A program made the translations under genes and the position numbers. Shown here piece by piece: positions 14,067 through 26,513 of a DNA stretch of 64,000 nucleotides. Numbering within the stretch: position 1 is the stretch's first letter; the number at the start of each line of letters is the position of its first letter. Origin of the DNA: Mobula hypostoma (taxonomy: Eukaryota); contig NC_086109.1 in the NCBI RefSeq assembly GCF_963921235.1, positions 22,508,001-22,572,000 on the forward strand, in the 5' to 3' direction. The notes beneath the pieces are model-generated. The model did not search any database, had not been told where the DNA came from, and saw only the letters and a list, made by a program, of their open reading frames with translations.

Positions 14067-17000
14067 TTATTTATAGAAACATAGAAACATAGAAAATAGG
14101 TGCAGGAGTAGACCATTCGGCCCTTCGAGCCTGCACCGCCATTTATTATGATCATGGCTGATCATCCAACTCAGAACCCCGCCCCAGCCTTCCCTCCATA
14201 CCCCCTGACCCCCTGTAGCCACAAGGGCCATATCTAACTCCCTCTTAAACATAGCCAATGAACTGGCCTCAACAGTTTGCTGTGGCAGAGAATTCCACAG
14301 ATTCACCACTCTCTGTGTGAAGAAGTTTTTCCTAATCTTGGTCCTAAAAGGCTTCCCCTCTATCCTCAAACTGTGACCCCTCGTTCTGGACTTCCCCAAC
14401 ATCGGGAACAATCTTCCTGCATCTAGCCTGTCCAATCCCTTTAGGATCTTATACATTTCAATCAGATCCCCCCTCAATCTTCTAAATTCCAACGAGTACA
14501 AGCCCAGTTCATCCAGTCTTTCTTCATATGAAAGTCCTGCCATCCCAGGAATCAATCTAGTGAACCTTCTTTGTACTCCCTCTATGGCAAAGATGTCTTT
14601 CCTCAGATTAGGGGACCAAAACTGCACACAATACTCCAGGTGTGGTCTCACCAAGGCCTTGTACAACTGCAGTAGTACCTCCCTGCTCCTGTACTCGAAT
14701 CCTCTCGCTATAAATGCCAGCATACCATTCGCCTTTTTCACCGCCTGCTGTACCTGCATGCCCACTTTCAATGACTGGTGTATAATGACACCCAGGTCTC
14801 ATTGCACCTCCCCTTTTCCTAATTGGCCACCATTCAGATAATAATCTGTTTTCCTATTTTTGCCACCAAAGTAGATAACTTCACATTTATCCACATTAAA
14901 TTGCATCTGCCATGAGTTTGCCCACTCACCCAACCTATCCAAGTCACCCTGCATCCTCTTAGCATCCTCCTCACTGCTAACACTGCCGCCAAGCTTCGTG
15001 TCATCCGCAAACTTGGAGATGCTGCATTTAATTCCCTCATCCAAGTCATTAATATATATTGTAAACAACTGGGGTCCCAGCACTGAGCCTTGCGGTACCC
15101 CACTAGTCACCGCCTGCCATTCTGAAAAGGTCCCGTTTATTCCCACTCTTTGCTTCCTGTCTGCTAACCAATTCTCCACCCACACCAATACCTTACCCCC
15201 AATACCGTGTGCTTTAAGTTTGAACACTAATCTCCTATGTGGGACCTTGTCAAAAGCCTTTTGAAAATCCAAATATACCACATCCACTGGTTCTCCCCTA
15301 TCCACTCTACTAGTTACATCCTCAAAAAATTCTATGAGATTCGTCAGACATGATTTTCCTTTCACAAATCCATGCTGACTTTGTCCGATCATTTCACCGC
15401 TTTCCAAATGTGCTGTTATTACATCCTTGATAACTGACTCCAGCAGTTTCCCCACCACCGACGTTAGGCTAACCGGTCTATAATTCCCCGGTTTCTCTCT
15501 CCCTCCTTTTTTAAAAATTGGGGTTACATTAGCCACCCTCCAATCCTCAGGAACTAGTCCAGAATCTAACGAGTTTTGAAAAATTATCACTAATGCATCC
15601 ACTATTTCTTGGGCTACTTCCTTAAGCACTCTAGGATGCAGACCATCTGGCCCTGGGGATTTATCTGCCTTCAATCCCTTCAATTTACCTAACACCACTT
15701 CCCTACTAACATGTATTTCACTCAGTTCCTCCATCTCACTGGACCCTCTGTCCCTTACTATTTCTGGGAGATTATTTATGTCCTCCTTAGTGAAGACAGA
15801 ACCAAAGTAATTATTCAATTGGTCTGCCATGTCCTTGCTCCCCATAATCAATTCACCTGTTTCTGTCTGCAGGGGACCTACATTTGTCTTTACCAGTCTT
15901 TTCCTTTTTACATATCTATAAAAGCTTTTACAGTCCGTTTTTATGTTCTCTGCCAGTTTTCTCTCATAATCTTTTTTCCCCTTCCTAATTAAGCCCTTTG
16001 TCCTCCTCTGCTGAACTCTGAATTCCTCCCAGTCCTCAGGTGAGCCACTTTCTCTGGCTAATTTGTATGCTACTTCTTTGGAATTGATACTATCCCTAAT
16101 TTCTCTTGTCAGCCACGGGTGCACTACCTTCCTTGATTTATTCTTTTGCCAAACTGGGATGAACAATTGTTGTAGTTCATCCATGCAACCAATGAATGCT
16201 TGCCATTGCATATCCACCGTCAATCCTTTAAGTGTCATTTGCCAGTCTATCTTAGCTAATTCACGTCTCATACCTTCAAAGTTCCCCTTCTTTAAGTTCA
16301 GAACCTTTGTTTCTGAATTAACTATGTCACTCTCCATCTTAATGAAGAAGTCGACCATATTATGGTCACTCTTACCCAAGGGGCCTCTCACGACAAGATC
16401 GCTAATTAACCCTTCCTCATTGCTCAAAACCCAGTCCAGAATAGCCTGCTCTCTAGTTGGTTCCTCGACATGTTGGTTCAAAAAACCATCCCGCATACAT
16501 TCCAAGAAATCCTCTTCCTCAGCACCTTTACCAATTTGGTTCACCCAGTCTACATGTAGATTGAAGTCACCCATTATAACTGCTGTTCCTTTATTGCACA
16601 CATTTCTAATTTCCTGTTTAATACCATCTCCGACCTCACTACTACTGTTAGGTGGCCTGTACATAACTCCCACCAGCGTCTTCTGCCCCTTAGTGTTACG
16701 CAGCTCTACCCATATCGATTCCACATCTTCCCGGCTTATGTCCTTCCTTTCTATTGCGTTAATCTCTTCTTTAACCAGCAATGCCACCCCACCTCCCCTT
16801 CCTTCATGTCTATCCCTCCTGAATATTGAATATCCCTGAACGTTGAGCTCCCATCCCTGGTCACCCTGGAGCCATGTCTCTGTGATCCCAACTAAATCAT
16901 AATCATTAATAACAATCTGCACTTTCAATTCATCCACCTTATTACGAATGCTCCTTGCATTGACACATAAAGCCTTCAGGCGCTCTTTTACAACTCTCTT

Positions 17001-17108
17001 AGCCCTTGTACAATTATGTTGAAAAGTGGCCCTTTTTAATGCTTGCCCTGGATTTGTCGGCCTGCCACTTTTACTTTTCTCCTTTGTACTTTTTGCTTCT
17101 ACGCTCAC
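14067..17108 (-). pseudogene. CR1 ORF2 (endonuclease-reverse transcriptase) with one in-frame TGA and a C-terminal 1-nt frameshift
   Basis: ORFs 14799-17108 and 14067-14771 are in the same frame and separated by TGA at 14799-14801 (EVQ*DLGV). An extra G in the G-run near 14209-14213 shifts the expected ...RGYGGKAG end. Confidence 0.9.
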
Positions 17109-17217
17109 TTTACACCCCTCTGTCTCTCTGCACTGGTTCCCATCCCTCTGTTGTGAACTAACCTCCTCACGGCTAGCCTATTTAATTTGATTCCTACCCC
17201 CCAACCATTCTAGTTTA
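14075..17217 (-). mobile_element. Young CR1-clade LINE, 5'-truncated near the ORF1/ORF2 junction
   Basis: ORF2 has an APE endonuclease (NARSI, GITETW, YRPP, MGDFN, SDH) and RT (YRPVSLTS, DFQKAFDKV, GVPQGSVLGP, KFADD). Typical CR1 3' end with a (TTTCTATG)n tail at about 14075-14095. Confidence 0.95.
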
Positions 17218-18084
17218 CCATTATTATTTTTCTCTTTTTGTATTTGCACAGTTTGTTGTCTTTTATAGATTGGTGTTTGTCTGTCTTTTTGGGTACGGTC
17301 TATCATAGATTTTGTCGTATTTCTTTGTATTCACTGTGAACGCCCGCAAGAAAATGAATCTCAGAGATGTATATGGTGTCATGTATGTACTTTGATAATA
17401 AATTTACTTTGAACTTTGAAGTGCGGTCTCTGCAATATCTTGAATAATTGTAACAAGATTTCCCTTAAGTAAAAAGTTCTGGGAAATAATTAAGCTTGAA
17501 AGACCTCAACATTCTTCTGGTATCACTAGGCATGCAAAATTAATTTCCAAGACAATGCTGTGACCAATTCTGGAAAAAATACACGTGTATTTAATATTAA
17601 TGTTTACTCGTTAGACATATTGAAAACCTGGGAAGAAAGGTTGACTTTATTAGGTGAGGGAACAACGGATTATCATTCAGAATTTACATATGAGGTGCCA
17701 TCTATCTTTTCAGATGGACAAAAAGGACCTGTGACACTAGTTTGGATGAACAAGGAAGTTATCCTAATTTTCAATCTTGTTTTACATATATAAAACAGAT
17801 TTTCTGCTCCTTAGTTCATTTCTGTCTGTCAGCACGTGCTAAAAGGAAATGGTTTGCTGTCTCTTTCTGCATTGTAAAAGTGACAACAGTTCAAAAGTAC
17901 TTCACTAGGTGAAGAAGTTGTGATATCTTGGGTTCAGGAAATGTGCTACATAAATTACAATTTCTTTCTTTTGTTCAATGATCATGGCGGACAAAGGGGA
18001 ACAGTGAGGGTTTGGGCCATTTGCAATCTTACAATTACTATGTTCCTACATTCCTCTTATTTTCATTATCTATGCATCATCATG

Positions 18085-18460
18085 AGGAGGGATCTCATTG
18101 AAATCTATTGAATATTGAAAGGACTAGGTAGAGTGGACATGGAGAGGACGTTCTCTATAGTGGGGGAGTCTAGGACTAGAGGGCACAGCTTCAGAATAGA
18201 GGGACTTCCCTTTAGAACAGAGATGACGGGGAATTTCTTAAGCCGTAGGACAGTAATAATTGCCACAGATGCTATGGAGGCCAAGTCCTTGGGTATATTT
18301 AAAGTGGCGGCTGATTGGTTCTTGATTAGTAAGTGTGTCAAATGTTATGAGGAGAAGGCAGGAGAATGGGGTTGAGAGGGATAATAAATCAGCCATGATG
18401 GAATGGTGGAGCAAATTTGATGGGTTGAATGGTCTAATTCTGCTCCTCTATCTTGTGGTT
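18085..18460 (+). mobile_element. CR1 3' end
   Basis: SRTRGHSFRI...YEEKAGEWG plus CR1 3' UTR. Confidence 0.8.
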
Positions 18461-20919
18461 GTTCAGATCATGCTTTTATAGTTGTGCTCCATATTTTTCA
18501 AAGCACAGGACTTGAGTAACATTGAATCACAGCAAAGACTTGGCAACAATGAGTGAGAAGGATTATGTATGTAAAACGCAACATCTACTGGTGAGAAAGA
18601 ATAATAGCAGACTGTCCCTCCGGAAACCAACCATAGTTTCTTTCTTTTAGAATCACATTGCACAGAAGAAACTCATTCAGTCCATGTGCCTAGCTGTGAG
18701 ATCTCAATGTGTGCAATTTGGAATTCATGTTTCCCAATTCCAAGCAACTTCAGGTAAATAAATACATTACTTTGAGAGATTCTGAGGTTCAGAAAGTTGT
18801 GCTGATACAACAAAACTAATTAGTCTCTTTTCATGTGCACTTTCTGGCAATTATTTTACTTTTCAAATATTTATTCAATTCTTCTTTCTAAGTTTTTTAT
18901 TCTGATTTCCAGATCACAACAACATGCTTGTACAAATGTTATATCTCATGCTTATGGCCAGATCTGCATTTTCCATTTGACAGACTTAAATAAATTAGGG
19001 CTAGGATCTAAATTTGGTTTGAACGCCTGACCTTTTGTCTCCTTTCCTGGGTTAGAATTACTGCTTAGATTGTTTTCTCTTGCAGAACAGATAATCTTGC
19101 TATCCACAGCCAGAAGGTGGTGAATCTGTGGAATCCACAAACGGATGTGCAGGCCAAGTCACTGGTTAAGGTGGAAGTCGATAGGTTCTTGATTAGTAAG
19201 AGTGTGAAAGGTTATGGGGAGAAGGCAAAAGAATGGCTTTGAGAAGGTAATAAATCAGCCATCATGGAAAGGCAGAGCAGTCTTGATAGGCCAAATGGCT
19301 AAATTCTGCTTCTACGTCTTATGGTCTTATCCTTCTGCTGCCTAACCTATAACTAACTCCCACCATGCATTATTTGCATGGTTCATAATGGCCTCATAGC
19401 AAACAGGTATGGGCAATTTATACTTATTTCCAAGATTGGGTGGTACTGTGATACACTTAGTACAGCTGCTACCTCACAGTTCCAGTAATTGGGGTTTAAT
19501 CATGATTTTGAAATGAAAATTTGGAAATTACAACAGTCTGTCACTAGTTAAGTGCAGTGTGGCAGAAGTATGTATGTGATGTACACTCCTCCACTCCATC
19601 CTCATGGCTGACAGTCGCTACTCACAGCGTGGTAAAGACAATGCATTTTCATTATGCATTAATTACCTGCATCACTCATGGGAATTCAATGAAATGTCAT
19701 GTTGGTCTTTTCTTTATCCCTTGAATTATCTAACTGAAGGAAACAGTTTCAACATTAACATATAACCATGATTTCTGTGGTCTCAGAACAGCAAGAAGAG
19801 TGTGAGATAATGTGTCATAAATTGTACACAGCTCTATTGTCATTTTGCTGGGTGCTTTTCTCACACACTCATTGTCGATTGAGAGGTGCAGAGTAACAAA
19901 CGGTGAGATCGAGAAAGTTAACACAATCTGCCATTTGCTTGTTTTCTTTCTTCCTCTTTCACCATTCTTCTTTCTTTTCTTTCCTGCTAATGAATTATAA
20001 CTACCTTTCAAAGATGTATTGTTAGGGTTTATTAAGTTGTGGGCATGGAATGTTGGTGTCGGAAGCATAGCGACACTTGTGGGCTGCCTCCAGCTGATTC
20101 GATTTGACACAAATGAGGCATTTCACTGTGTTTTGGTGTACATGTGAAAGATAAAGAAATCTTTTCAAAATATAATGTCAATATGATAAGACCTCCGGAA
20201 GGGATGAGTGAGAATCTTTATGTAGAAGGTGATTAGATTGTAGAATTTGCTACCACATAGAGTATTTGAGATAATTATCATACAGAAGTTTGCAGAGAAG
20301 CTAAATTATGGAGAAAAAAATGAAAGGATGGAAAGAAGGTCTATTAAAACCTAAAAATTAGCACAGACCAGATGGCCAGCCTCTGATTGCTGGTGCAGTA
20401 TAAACATAGAATTCGCTACCTTCTGGTCATTTCTCCCTCCCTGTTCCTTCTTCTTCCATTCCTACTCTGGCCCTGCTTTTATTACTTCTATTCTCCTCAT
20501 TGTCTGATACCTGCCCTCCTTCCCTTTCTTCCAAGGTCCACTCTCCTGTCCTATCAGATCCCTTCTTCAGCCCTTTACCTTTTCCACCCATCACCTCACA
20601 GTTTCTCACTTACCCCTACCTACCTTCCTCCTGGTGTCACCTCTCACCTCTAGCTTGTACTCCTTCCCCTCTCCCAAGCTTATTCTGGATTCCTCTCATT
20701 CACTTCCAGTCCCGATGAAGGATCTCAGCATGAAATGACTGTTTATTCCTTTCCATTGATGTTGCCGAACCTGCTGGGCTCCCCCAGTATTTTATTTGCA
20801 TTACTCATAATTTGAACAAGTATGATTTTATTTTTGAAGTTGAATGATAATTTAATAACTTGACTATCCAACCACTCAACACCCCCCCACACACACACCC
20901 ACTACCAGTACTCAAGAGG

Positions 20920-21395
20920 TGAAAGTGGGACACATCTACAAGGAGCGCTATTGTGAGAAAGCAGCATCCATCACCAAGGACCCCCACCATCTAAGCCGTG
21001 TTCTCTTCTCACTGCTGTCATCAGGAAGGAGGTACAGGATCCTCAAAATCCCACACCACCAGGGTCAGGAACAGTTAACCTTCTACCATCAGGCTCTTGA
21101 ACCAGAGTGGATAACTTCACTCAGCCCAACACTAAACTGATTCCACAAACAAATAGACTCACTTTTAAGGACCCTACACTCATTTTCTCGATAATTATTG
21201 CTTATTTATAATTGTATTTTTTCTTTTTTTTTGTTTTTACACAGTTTGTCGTCTTTTGAGCACTGGTTGTCCAACTCGGTCATTGATTCGATTGTGTTTC
21301 TTTCTATTTATTATGAATGCCTGCAAGAAAATTGGCTTGCATAGGGTGATATGCAACTTTGATAATAAATTTAATTTGACCTTGTGAACTTTGAA
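20920..21395 (+). mobile_element. Rex1-type LINE 3' end
   Basis: KAASITKDPHH..LFSLLSSGRRYR followed by the family 3' UTR. Confidence 0.75.
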
Positions 21396-21779
21396 CCAAA
21401 TAATCTAACAGAGTTATGCTGATCAATGGCACCATCTCCTGGCTGAAGAGTCGTATTAATTTTTCAGAGTTCTGCGTTCACTGTTAGTAACATGGGAATT
21501 GAACAACTTTTATTTCCTGCATGCACACATAGTTAAATGCAGAAATTTGCAAGTTTTCTTCATATATGCTGTGCTCTCCTAGAAACTGAGTAATGTTTTT
21601 CTCACTGAGAGATTTGTCAATACTTGTAACAGCATGGATTTGTTCTATTAGCTAATATAGACACACTAAGGTTCACAGAGACACATACTCTAGTTTAGAG
21701 ACAGAGACACAAACTGTAGTTTAGAGTTTTTATCCTTTTGGTTAATGTTATATGCCTTAGTGTCTTCTCCAAGGCTCGT

Positions 21780-22413
21780 TACCTTGTCATGGTGGAGAGG
21801 CTTGTGAGTTCCTGAGATCCCGAGAATGATGCTGTCTGGGGCTTAGCTCCTGGCAGGAAGTTCAAGGCGGAGTTTTCAAAAAAAGAGTGATCCAGCCAAG
21901 ACCTCCATGCAGGAGCTGTCGGAAGGTGATGACTTGTCACAACAACAGTGAAGACGAATGAAGGCTGCAGCAGTGAAGGGTCCCCAGTCATCTTGCACTC
22001 CATGTCACCGGACTCTGGCCCCAATCTGTCAAGTACCATGTAATGGCTGCCTGTGCGTCAACCTCCCTATGTTAAACAGGCGTTCTCCATTAAGGAGAGC
22101 TTCTTTCCAACTGTGATAAGACTGCTGAACGGATCCTGACCCGGATCTGGGCCGTACCCTCCAAATATCCAGACCTGCCTCTCGGTTTTTTTGCACTACC
22201 TTACTTTCCATTTTCTATTTTCTATTTATGATTTATAATTTAAATTTTTAATATTTATTATCGATTTGTACTCCAGGGAGCAGGAAGCGCAGAATCAAAT
22301 ATCACTGTGATGATTGTATGTTCTAGTATCAATTGTTTGGCGACAATAAAGTATAAAGTATAAGGGCATAACCTCTTGGGAGGACATCATACTCAACTTG
22401 ACTGATTGCACTA
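21780..22413 (+). mobile_element. RTE/BovB-related non-autonomous element, interrupted by a Rex1 3' tail (about 22092-22342)
   Basis: The 5' end CCTTGTCATGGTGGAGAGGCTTG resembles RTE 5' UTRs. Colinear with 46740-47210 and shares the end CATCATACTCAAC...GATTGCACTACA. Confidence 0.55.
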
Positions 22414-24084
22414 CAACTCGTGTCAAACAACCTCTTTGGCATTGAAAATTTACATTTATATGCATGAAGTTCTATTCCTTTCAATTTACATTATTGTTGA
22501 TGCTAGAAAATTGAGTGTTATTACCTTACTTTTTGTCTTTCTTTGATCTCTTTCAAACCAAACTTATTGCTTCATTTCATTTTGCCTTCAGTGCCTGAGT
22601 TGAGATTGGGGTGAATCAACTATGTGCCATTCTCTGGATCAGATTGTGCTTTGGTCATTGAAGACCCTTCAATACAGTTGCATTCCCGGCTGCATTCCCT
22701 GTGAGTATCCAGTTACACTAACACAGACTTGGTCAGTACTCAAATGGGAGACCAGCTGGGAAACAGGATCTACGATCACCTTCTGGGTAACAAATAGTCC
22801 ATTCAGCAGACTGAATTCATATCTCAAATAGAAACTCCGCCACGCTTTAAAAAAACAGTGATTATGCTGCCACTTGCTTCATTCATTTGTGTATCATGTG
22901 TTCATAGAGGTCACTGGGCTTTTTAGCAAGGTGGTGTGAACGATCTCCAGTGAAAGGCACTGACAGACACAAGGTTAGTGCGTGATACTGTTCATTCGGC
23001 ACTGACAATAAACTCTGGTTCTATGCCTCTGCAGAAATCTCAAATTGTATTTCTTACACTTAATATAACAGGATTTTCCTCTGGAGAATGCTTCTGGGAA
23101 TTAAATTTAAGGGCTGATTCCTTATTTTGCAAATGGGGTGATAATTTGAGATTAATAGACAGACACAGTAGGAGGTAACATCCTGACTTATGCACAATCA
23201 GGAAACTGTGGTCAGCTTACCTTTGATGTTATCTATATTACAGTGCAAGTTTTTTCTATAAATAGCATCAACATATCATCCAAGAACCAGCGAAACTGGG
23301 CCATAAGGAAGAAAGTAATTAATTTTGTTCTTTCTATTAAAATGTTTTCTTTAATTTACTCAATTTTAGAAATTCTATATTTATATGTTGGTGCTTCCAA
23401 CAAATGCATACTTATCAAAGATGGCGTTGTACTGCACACATGCTGCCAACTTGGTAAACAGCTCCTGGAAGTCCCTGAAGGTTAACACACATTACCTGGT
23501 CATCCGAGAACGAGCCAATGAGCGATGGTCTTTTGGGTTCAATGTCATTCCTTGAACAAATCACTGCCTTTGTAAGTCCTATTGAATATTGGATTGGCCA
23601 GCGGCATAAGTACAGTTTGATTTTTTTCCACATTTGATTGCCTTGTTTTTTGAAGAAGTGACCAAGAAGGCTGATGAGGGCTGGGTGGTAGATGTAGTCT
23701 ATATGGACTTTGGCTAAAACTTTGATAAGGTACTGCATTATATGCTGCTCTGGAGGGTGAGATTGAATGGGATTCACGGAGCGCTACCTAACTGGCTACA
23801 GAATTTACTTGATGGTAGGAAGGAAAGGATGATAGTGGAAAGTTGTTTTCCGGGTTGAAGGTCTGTGCTGTGCCTAAGGATTAGGTTCTGGGCCCATTTT
23901 TTTGTCATTTATACCTATGATATGGATGAGAATGTTAAAGACATATTAAGTTTGCAGATGACATTAAAACAGGGAGATTCGTAGACAGTGAAGAAGGAAT
24001 TACAGTGATCAACTGGGTGAGTTGTGGAACAGTATATGGAGTTTAATTCAGATAAGTATGAAGTACTTCATTTTAGTAGTTAGT

Positions 24085-25175
24085 TAATCATTGTCATATG
24101 TACCAACATACTTTGAAAAACTTTTGTTTTCATGCCATCCACAGATCATAAGTATGCTAAAATGGTACAAAAAGAATGCAGAATACAGTGCTAGTTACAG
24201 ATAAAGTGCAGTGCAGGCAAATGAATAAAATTCACAGACCTCATGAGACAGCAAGAGTTCTTCTTTATCATATAAGAGGTCTGTTCAATAGTCTTTTAAC
24301 AGCAGGATAGAATCTGTCCTTGTGCCTCATGGTACGTATCCTCATGCTCTTGTATATTCTGTCCGTTAGTAGAGCAGAGAGAAATGATCGGGGTGGGAGT
24401 GGTCCTTGATTGTGACAGCTGCTTTCTCGAGGCAGTGAAAAAAGGAGACTGAGTCAATGGAGGGGTAGCTAGTTTTTGTGATAGACTGGGCTATGTCCAC
24501 AGCTCTCTGCCATTTCTTGCAGTATTGTTCAGAGCAATTGACATACCAAGCTGTGATACATCATGTGATACTTTCTACAGTGCATCTATAAAAGTTGGTG
24601 AAGGGCATCAGGGACGTGCAATTTTCCTACACTTTTTGATGATGTAGAAGAGTTGGTGTGCTTTCTTGGCGATATGGTTGGACAGGCTAAGTTGGAGATA
24701 TTTATATGTAGGAATGTTTCCGCCTTAGCACCATTGATATAGATGGGGCATGTATTCTGGCCCACTTCCAGAAGGTAATGACCAGCTCTTTTGTTTTCCT
24801 GGCTTGAAGGAGATGTTGTTGTCTTGACACCATGATTCCAACGTCATTATCTCCTCCGTTAATCTTGTCCCATCATTGTTTGAAATTTGGCGCAGTGCAG
24901 TGAAAACTTCCAAATGGACTTACAGCAGAATCTGGCAACAGAGTCGCGAGTGTATAAGGAGTAAAGTAAGGACTCAGCCTTATGGGGTATCAGTGCTGAG
25001 GATAATATTGACAGAGGTGTTGCTGCCAATCCTTACTGACTGCAGTCTGTTGGTCTGGAAGACAAGGATTTGCAGAGAGGATGGGGTTGGGAGGTTTGCC
25101 GAATCCAAGGCCAAAGAGTTTAGAGATGAGTTTGTTTGGAATTGTTGTGCTGAAGTTAGAGCTATAGCCCACCTC
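24085..25175 (-). mobile_element. Degraded Rex1-type LINE abutting the protease promoter
   Basis: YSSNFSTTIPNKL, QSVRIG, WCQDNN motifs plus the family tail. Confidence 0.7.
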
Positions 25176-25179
25176 ACGG

Positions 25180-25403
25180 ATCCCTCGCTAGTGATACCAT
25201 AATTCTTAACGACGTCACAGAGTTGGGAGAGGTGGCGCCACTCTCGCTAGTGACCCTAGCCGTGATATCACAAACACCACGTCGAGAGTCACCTGGGCCC
25301 CCTCCCGCGTTGCCCCTCTGTCACCCCCGTCCCGCCGCGCACTCAATCCAGAGCCCCAGCCGCGGCCCCGGAGCCGAGCCCGCGGATCATGTGCTGAGGG
25401 TTA
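25180..25403 (+). promoter_or_regulatory. CpG-rich putative promoter/5' UTR of the protease gene
   Basis: Abrupt switch to GC/CpG-rich sequence. CRE-like CGACGTCA at 25210-25217. CTCGCTAGTGA occurs twice (25184-25194, 25243-25253). Confidence 0.5.
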
Positions 25404-26513
25404 ATGCCCATGCCACGAGCGGCTGCCCTTTGGTTGGTGATCCTGGTGCCGCGGCTACTGGCCGAGAACCCCACCGAGTGCGGCGTCAGGCGGGCGGACA
25501 GCGGGGGAAGAGCCTGTCCGCCCGGGTTGGCCAAAACCCCTCAAGGGAGTGCGTGGCCATGGCAGGTCAGACTGGAGCTGGCGACAGAGAACGAGCACTT
25601 CTGCAGCGGGGCGGTCATCAGCGAGTACTGGGTGATCACGGCAGCCCACTGCTTCATCCCGCCCGTGCCGCAGAACCTGCGTGAGATCGTGGTGGTGACC
25701 GGGCTCAATGACCAGATGAGACCCGAGCAATGGGCGCGCTACACCAAACCGCACGACATCATCATGCACGAAGAGTTCAACGAGCAGACAGGCGAGAACG
25801 ATATCGCCCTGGTCAGGATGGGAGAGCGCATCGCCTTCGACGAACACGTAAAGCCCGTCTGCTTCCCCGACAGGGACATCTTCTTTAACAACCGCTGGTC
25901 CGCTTGCTACATTACGGGGTGGATGAAGTCCGGGGAGGAGACCTCCGACTTACTCCAGGAAGTGCCTGTCGCCTTCGTCTCCTTCAAAGACTGCAACGAC
26001 ACCATCTTCAGCGGCAAGCTCCAGCCCTCCATGATGTGCATGGACTTCAAGGACCAAGAGCTTGCCTGTCTCCTCGAGTCCGGCGGTCCGGTGGTTTGCA
26101 AAGCTTGGAACCGACAGCAGTTTTTCCAGATCGGGCTAGTGAGCTGGGTGAACGATTGTTCCCAGCGCTGGCCCGGAGTCTTCACCATGACCATGTCGTA
26201 TCTGAACTGGATTGAACAAGTCACTGCCCGTTATGGGAAGATGTTTGACTTCAGGAAGTACGGAGTGAATAATGCTGCCAGGCAGAAGAGAATGAGGTTC
26301 AAAAACAGAAACAGAGGGGTTGTGATAGTCCAGCCTCTGAAGAACCACACAACGGTCTACAGACCCTGCCTTCCTCCATCCGTGTCAATCACAGGTATAG
26401 CGACCACGGTCACCTTTGCCGAGGCAGCGTCCGGGAGCGTCCGCTGCTCCTCTGTAATTGGGATGACAATTGCCCACATCCGCTCATTCATGCTCACTAT
26501 GCTGGCGACGTGA
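25404..26513 (+). CDS. Intronless S1 (trypsin-fold) serine protease, acrosin/testis-PRSS-like, 369 aa, possibly membrane/GPI-anchored
   Basis: Uninterrupted ORF. Signal-peptide-like N-terminus (AAALWLVILVPRLLA), CG pro-segment, AWPWQV, HFCSGAVI, TAAHC (His57), NDIAL (Asp102), PVC, CYITGW, ESGGPVVC (Ser195), GLVSW, PGVFT..YLNWI. Canonical Cys set retained. Hydrophobic C-terminal tail. ATTAAA at 26643-26648. Confidence 0.93.
   Translation: MPMPRAAALWLVILVPRLLAENPTECGVRRADSGGRACPPGLAKTPQGSAWPWQVRLELATENEHFCSGAVISEYWVITAAHCFIPPVPQNLREIVVVTGLNDQMRPEQWARYTKPHDIIMHEEFNEQTGENDIALVRMGERIAFDEHVKPVCFPDRDIFFNNRWSACYITGWMKSGEETSDLLQEVPVAFVSFKDCNDTIFSGKLQPSMMCMDFKDQELACLLESGGPVVCKAWNRQQFFQIGLVSWVNDCSQRWPGVFTMTMSYLNWIEQVTARYGKMFDFRKYGVNNAARQKRMRFKNRNRGVVIVQPLKNHTTVYRPCLPPSVSITGIATTVTFAEAASGSVRCSSVIGMTIAHIRSFMLTMLAT

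Larger units (their letters stand above)
13660..17420 (+). mobile_element. Rex1-type LINE 3' fragment split by the CR1 insertion (pieces at about 13660-14074 and 17220-17420)
   Basis: ESILTGCIKAWYGN...HPGH coding end. The 3' UTR resumes at 17221 and ends AATAAATTTACTTTGAACTTTGAA. An uninterrupted sister copy lies at about 20920-21395. Confidence 0.8.

Noticed and set aside
14771..14802. Apparent frameshift splitting CR1 ORF2
   Set aside because: Both ORFs are in the same frame, so the break is an in-frame stop.
14560..16839. + strand ORFs up to 258 aa
   Set aside because: Antisense shadows of the CR1 ORF2.
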